Shown here in pieces: positions 20,663-22,933 of a stretch of 22,933 nt of DNA. The position numbers and the translations under genes were made by a program. The stretch is from Gemmatimonadota bacterium (GTDB taxonomy: Bacteria > Gemmatimonadota > Gemmatimonadetes > Gemmatimonadales > GWC2-71-9). How positions within the stretch are numbered: position 1 is the first letter of the stretch; each line of letters starts with the position of its first letter. Where the stretch lies: contig QHTZ01000029.1 in NCBI GenBank assembly GCA_003221005.1, positions 1 through 22,933 on the forward strand, written 5' to 3'. Below the pieces are notes generated by a model. It saw only the letters and a program-made list of their open reading frames with translations, was not told the origin of the DNA and did not search any database.

Positions 20663-21621
20663 GCCTGGCGACACCCGGCGTCGCGCCCGAAGTCAGCGTC
20701 CTCGTCCCCGCCAACGACGAGGCCGAAAACCTCCCGGAGTTCCTGCGGCAGGTGCGGGAGGCGCTGCTGGCGCTCCCGTACGCGTGCGAAGTGGTGGTCG
20801 TGGACGACGGCAGCGGGGACGACACGCCGGCGGTGCTGCAGCGGCTGGTGGCGCAGTACCCCTTCCTGCGGGTCGTGACTCATCGCGGGCGACGGGGGAT
20901 CGCGGATGCCCTCAAGTCCGCGGCGGACGCCGCGCGCGGGCGGATCTTCGTGTTCTATCCCGCCGACCTCCAGTACCAGCCTGCGGAGATCCCCGGGCTC
21001 GTCGCCCCAATCCTCGCCGGGGAAGTAGACGTCGTCACCGGCGCCAAGCAGGGCCACTACGACCGGCGCTTCGTCTCGTGGGTGTACAACGGCCTGTGCC
21101 GCTGGCTGTTCGGCGTGAGCGTCACCGACCTCAACTCCGTCAAGGCATATCGGCGGGAGGTGATGGAGGCGCTGCCGACCCGCCCCGACTGGCACCGCTT
21201 CATGGTGGTCATCGCGGCGGCGCAGGGGTTCCGACTCGCCGAGCGGGCCGTGCCGCTCCATCCCCGCCGGGCGGGGAAATCGAAGTTCGGGATCAGCCGC
21301 ATCCCTGTGGGCGTTCTCGACCTCGTCTCGGTGTGGTTCCAGCTCAAGTTCGGCCGCAAGCCGATGCTGTTCTTCGGCGTGTCGGGAGCCGTGCTGTGCT
21401 TGCTCGGCCTCGCGGTCGGGGTGTACGCGCTGATCGAGCGCTACGTGTATGGCGTGGGCTTCCGGCCGATCCTCGACCTGATCATGATCCTCGTGCTGTC
21501 GGGGCTGATTCTCTTCGGCTTCGGCTTCGTGGGGGAGCTCGTGGCGGGGATGCGCGAGGAGGTGCGCGCGCTCGAGCGGGAGGTGGAGCACCTGAAGGAG
21601 CCTCGCTCGCCCGTACAATGA
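20659..21621 (+). CDS. GT2 polyprenol-phosphate glycosyltransferase (ArnC/GtrB/DPM1-like) with 2 C-terminal TM helices
   Basis: GTG 20659 overlaps the rpoN stop. VSVLVPANDEAENL, VVVVDDGSGDDT, PADLQ, D.NS.KAYRR, HRF, R.AGKSK. Confidence 0.9.
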   Translation: MSLATPGVAPEVSVLVPANDEAENLPEFLRQVREALLALPYACEVVVVDDGSGDDTPAVLQRLVAQYPFLRVVTHRGRRGIADALKSAADAARGRIFVFYPADLQYQPAEIPGLVAPILAGEVDVVTGAKQGHYDRRFVSWVYNGLCRWLFGVSVTDLNSVKAYRREVMEALPTRPDWHRFMVVIAAAQGFRLAERAVPLHPRRAGKSKFGISRIPVGVLDLVSVWFQLKFGRKPMLFFGVSGAVLCLLGLAVGVYALIERYVYGVGFRPILDLIMILVLSGLILFGFGFVGELVAGMREEVRALEREVEHLKEPRSPVQ

Positions 21622-22598
21622 CGGCTCGCACCCTCTGTGGCGTCGCCGCAGCCGCGCGCACCCTCGCGACTCTCGCTCTCACCACCTGTGGCAGTAACTC
21701 AACCGCTCCGACCACGCCGGCTAACCCCAATCCCGTGGTCGCAGCCCGCGTCGTGCTTGCGGGCGGGCCGATCGACATCGCGGCGAGATCGAACGGCACT
21801 GCCTTCGTGACGCTCAACGCTGCGAATACGGTCGGAGTGGTCGATCTCGGCAACGCGACCGTCACCGGGTCGATCGCGGTCGGTCAGGTACCAACCTTTG
21901 TGGTCTTCGACGGCGCAGGCACGACGGCGTACGTCAGCAACCAGTACTCGGACAACGTGGGCGTGATCGATGTCGGCCAGGCCATGCAGGTCAGCACCAT
22001 TTCCGTCCACGGCGATCCCATCCCGATGCAGGTCACCGCAGACGGCGCCGCGCTGTTCGTGACGACCAACGCAAATCGACTGTACAAGGTCTCTCTCGAG
22101 TCCAAGACTGTCACCGACTCACTCGCGCTTCCCGCAACGTCCCACCACCTCCTGCTCAACGGGAACGGCACCCGGCTCTACGTCGCCACCCGGGACGGAG
22201 GCTCGGTGCTGGAAGTGGATCCGTCGGACCTCGCCGTCCTGCGGACGTTCACGCTAGGCGGGCGCACCCAGGCCATGGTCTTCTCGCCAGACCTCGCCAC
22301 CCTCTACGTGGCGAATGAGGCGAAGCCCCTCATCCAAAGCATCAACCTTACGAGCGGCGCGGTCTCCGATTCGGTGCCTCTTGCGGGCGGAGCCAACGGG
22401 TTGGCGCTCAGTAGGGATGGGACGCTGCTGTACGCCTCGATCATCCAGGGCGGGGAAATACAGGTCGTGAAACGGGCAAGTAAGGCGGTCGTGGCGACTG
22501 TTGTTACGGGTGGCGTCCCCCGAGCCGTGCTCTTCGACGCACCCCGCAATCAGGTCGCCGTCGCGAACGAATCCGGCTGGGTCGACGTGCTCCGCTAG
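21618..22598 (+). CDS. YncE/YVTN-type beta-propeller protein, probable lipoprotein
   Basis: ATGA coupling; LALTTC-GS lipobox-like motif; ~7 repeats such as V.VID....V...I.VG..P and AYVSN/LYVAN. Confidence 0.85.
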   Translation: MTARTLCGVAAAARTLATLALTTCGSNSTAPTTPANPNPVVAARVVLAGGPIDIAARSNGTAFVTLNAANTVGVVDLGNATVTGSIAVGQVPTFVVFDGAGTTAYVSNQYSDNVGVIDVGQAMQVSTISVHGDPIPMQVTADGAALFVTTNANRLYKVSLESKTVTDSLALPATSHHLLLNGNGTRLYVATRDGGSVLEVDPSDLAVLRTFTLGGRTQAMVFSPDLATLYVANEAKPLIQSINLTSGAVSDSVPLAGGANGLALSRDGTLLYASIIQGGEIQVVKRASKAVVATVVTGGVPRAVLFDAPRNQVAVANESGWVDVLR

Positions 22599-22933
22599 CG
22601 GGGGGATGCCAGCGCTGCGGCGTAAACGGCCTCCCACCGCCGCGTGATCGCCTCCCAGCTGAACCGCTCGCGCAGCCGCTCGCGGCCCGCCTCCCCGAGC
22701 CGCCGGGCCAGCGCGCGATCCCCGAGGATGCGTCGCAGCGCCGCCGCGAGGGCCTCCGGATCCCCCGGCGGCACGAGTAGTCCCGACACGCCGTCCTCCA
22801 CGATGTCGGGAATGCCACCGATCCGGCTCGCAATGACGGGTGTCCCCCAGTTCATCGCCTCCAGCAGCACGACGCCCAGCCCCTCGGTGTCCCCCCGCGC
22901 ATCCGTCACGGAGGGCAGGACGCACACCGCCGC
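22595..22933 (-). CDS. GT4 (GT-B) glycosyltransferase, C-terminal part; 5' end outside the window
   Basis: CVLPS...EGLGVVLLEAM..GTPVIASRIGGIPDIV.DG.SGLLVPPGD...FSW. Confidence 0.92.
   Translation of the reverse strand, partial: AAVCVLPSVTDARGDTEGLGVVLLEAMNWGTPVIASRIGGIPDIVEDGVSGLLVPPGDPEALAAALRRILGDRALARRLGEAGRERLRERFSWEAITRRWEAVYAAALASPR

Noticed and set aside
19825-22598. Long ORFs 19825..21621 and 20784..22598 as large proteins
   Set aside because: Their N-terminal parts are alternate-frame read-through of rpoN and the GT2. Real starts are the coupled GTG 20659 and ATG 21618.

Overview
GC-rich bacterial chromosomal segment, most likely Gemmatimonadota (inferred from the kinase/TolB-like/TPR family and the kdsB-pyrG-kdsA-kdsC-kdsD-lptC-lptA-lptB-rpoN gene order). 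The first ~580 bp look like the end of an integron cassette array: an attC right arm, one cassette gene, then a decayed attC that overlaps a good sigma70 promoter. An accessory block of small genes follows (VOC, DUF1801, NIPSNAP-like, RibD-C, NTF2-like). Next come xerD, a cytoplasmic Ser/Thr kinase-TPR protein, a di-heme lipoprotein module, an LMF1 homolog and trpG/pabA. A ~11 kb, largely translationally coupled Kdo/LPS-export/rpoN operon runs almost to the end. Most unusual features: (i) LptB has a ~153-aa N-terminal extension that looks like a winged helix; (ii) the leaderless sigma70 promoter of this rpoN-containing operon is interleaved with a sigma54 -24/-12 box; (iii) the Lpt bridge is atypical, with a lipoprotein-like LptC and a 465-aa LptA-like protein carrying a G17/poly-Gly tract; (iv) several short internal deletions (pyrG, RibD-C, kinase) are present, one of which creates an apparent PyrG-KdsA fusion. 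These deletions may be assembly errors. All calls were made by eye; no searches were run.
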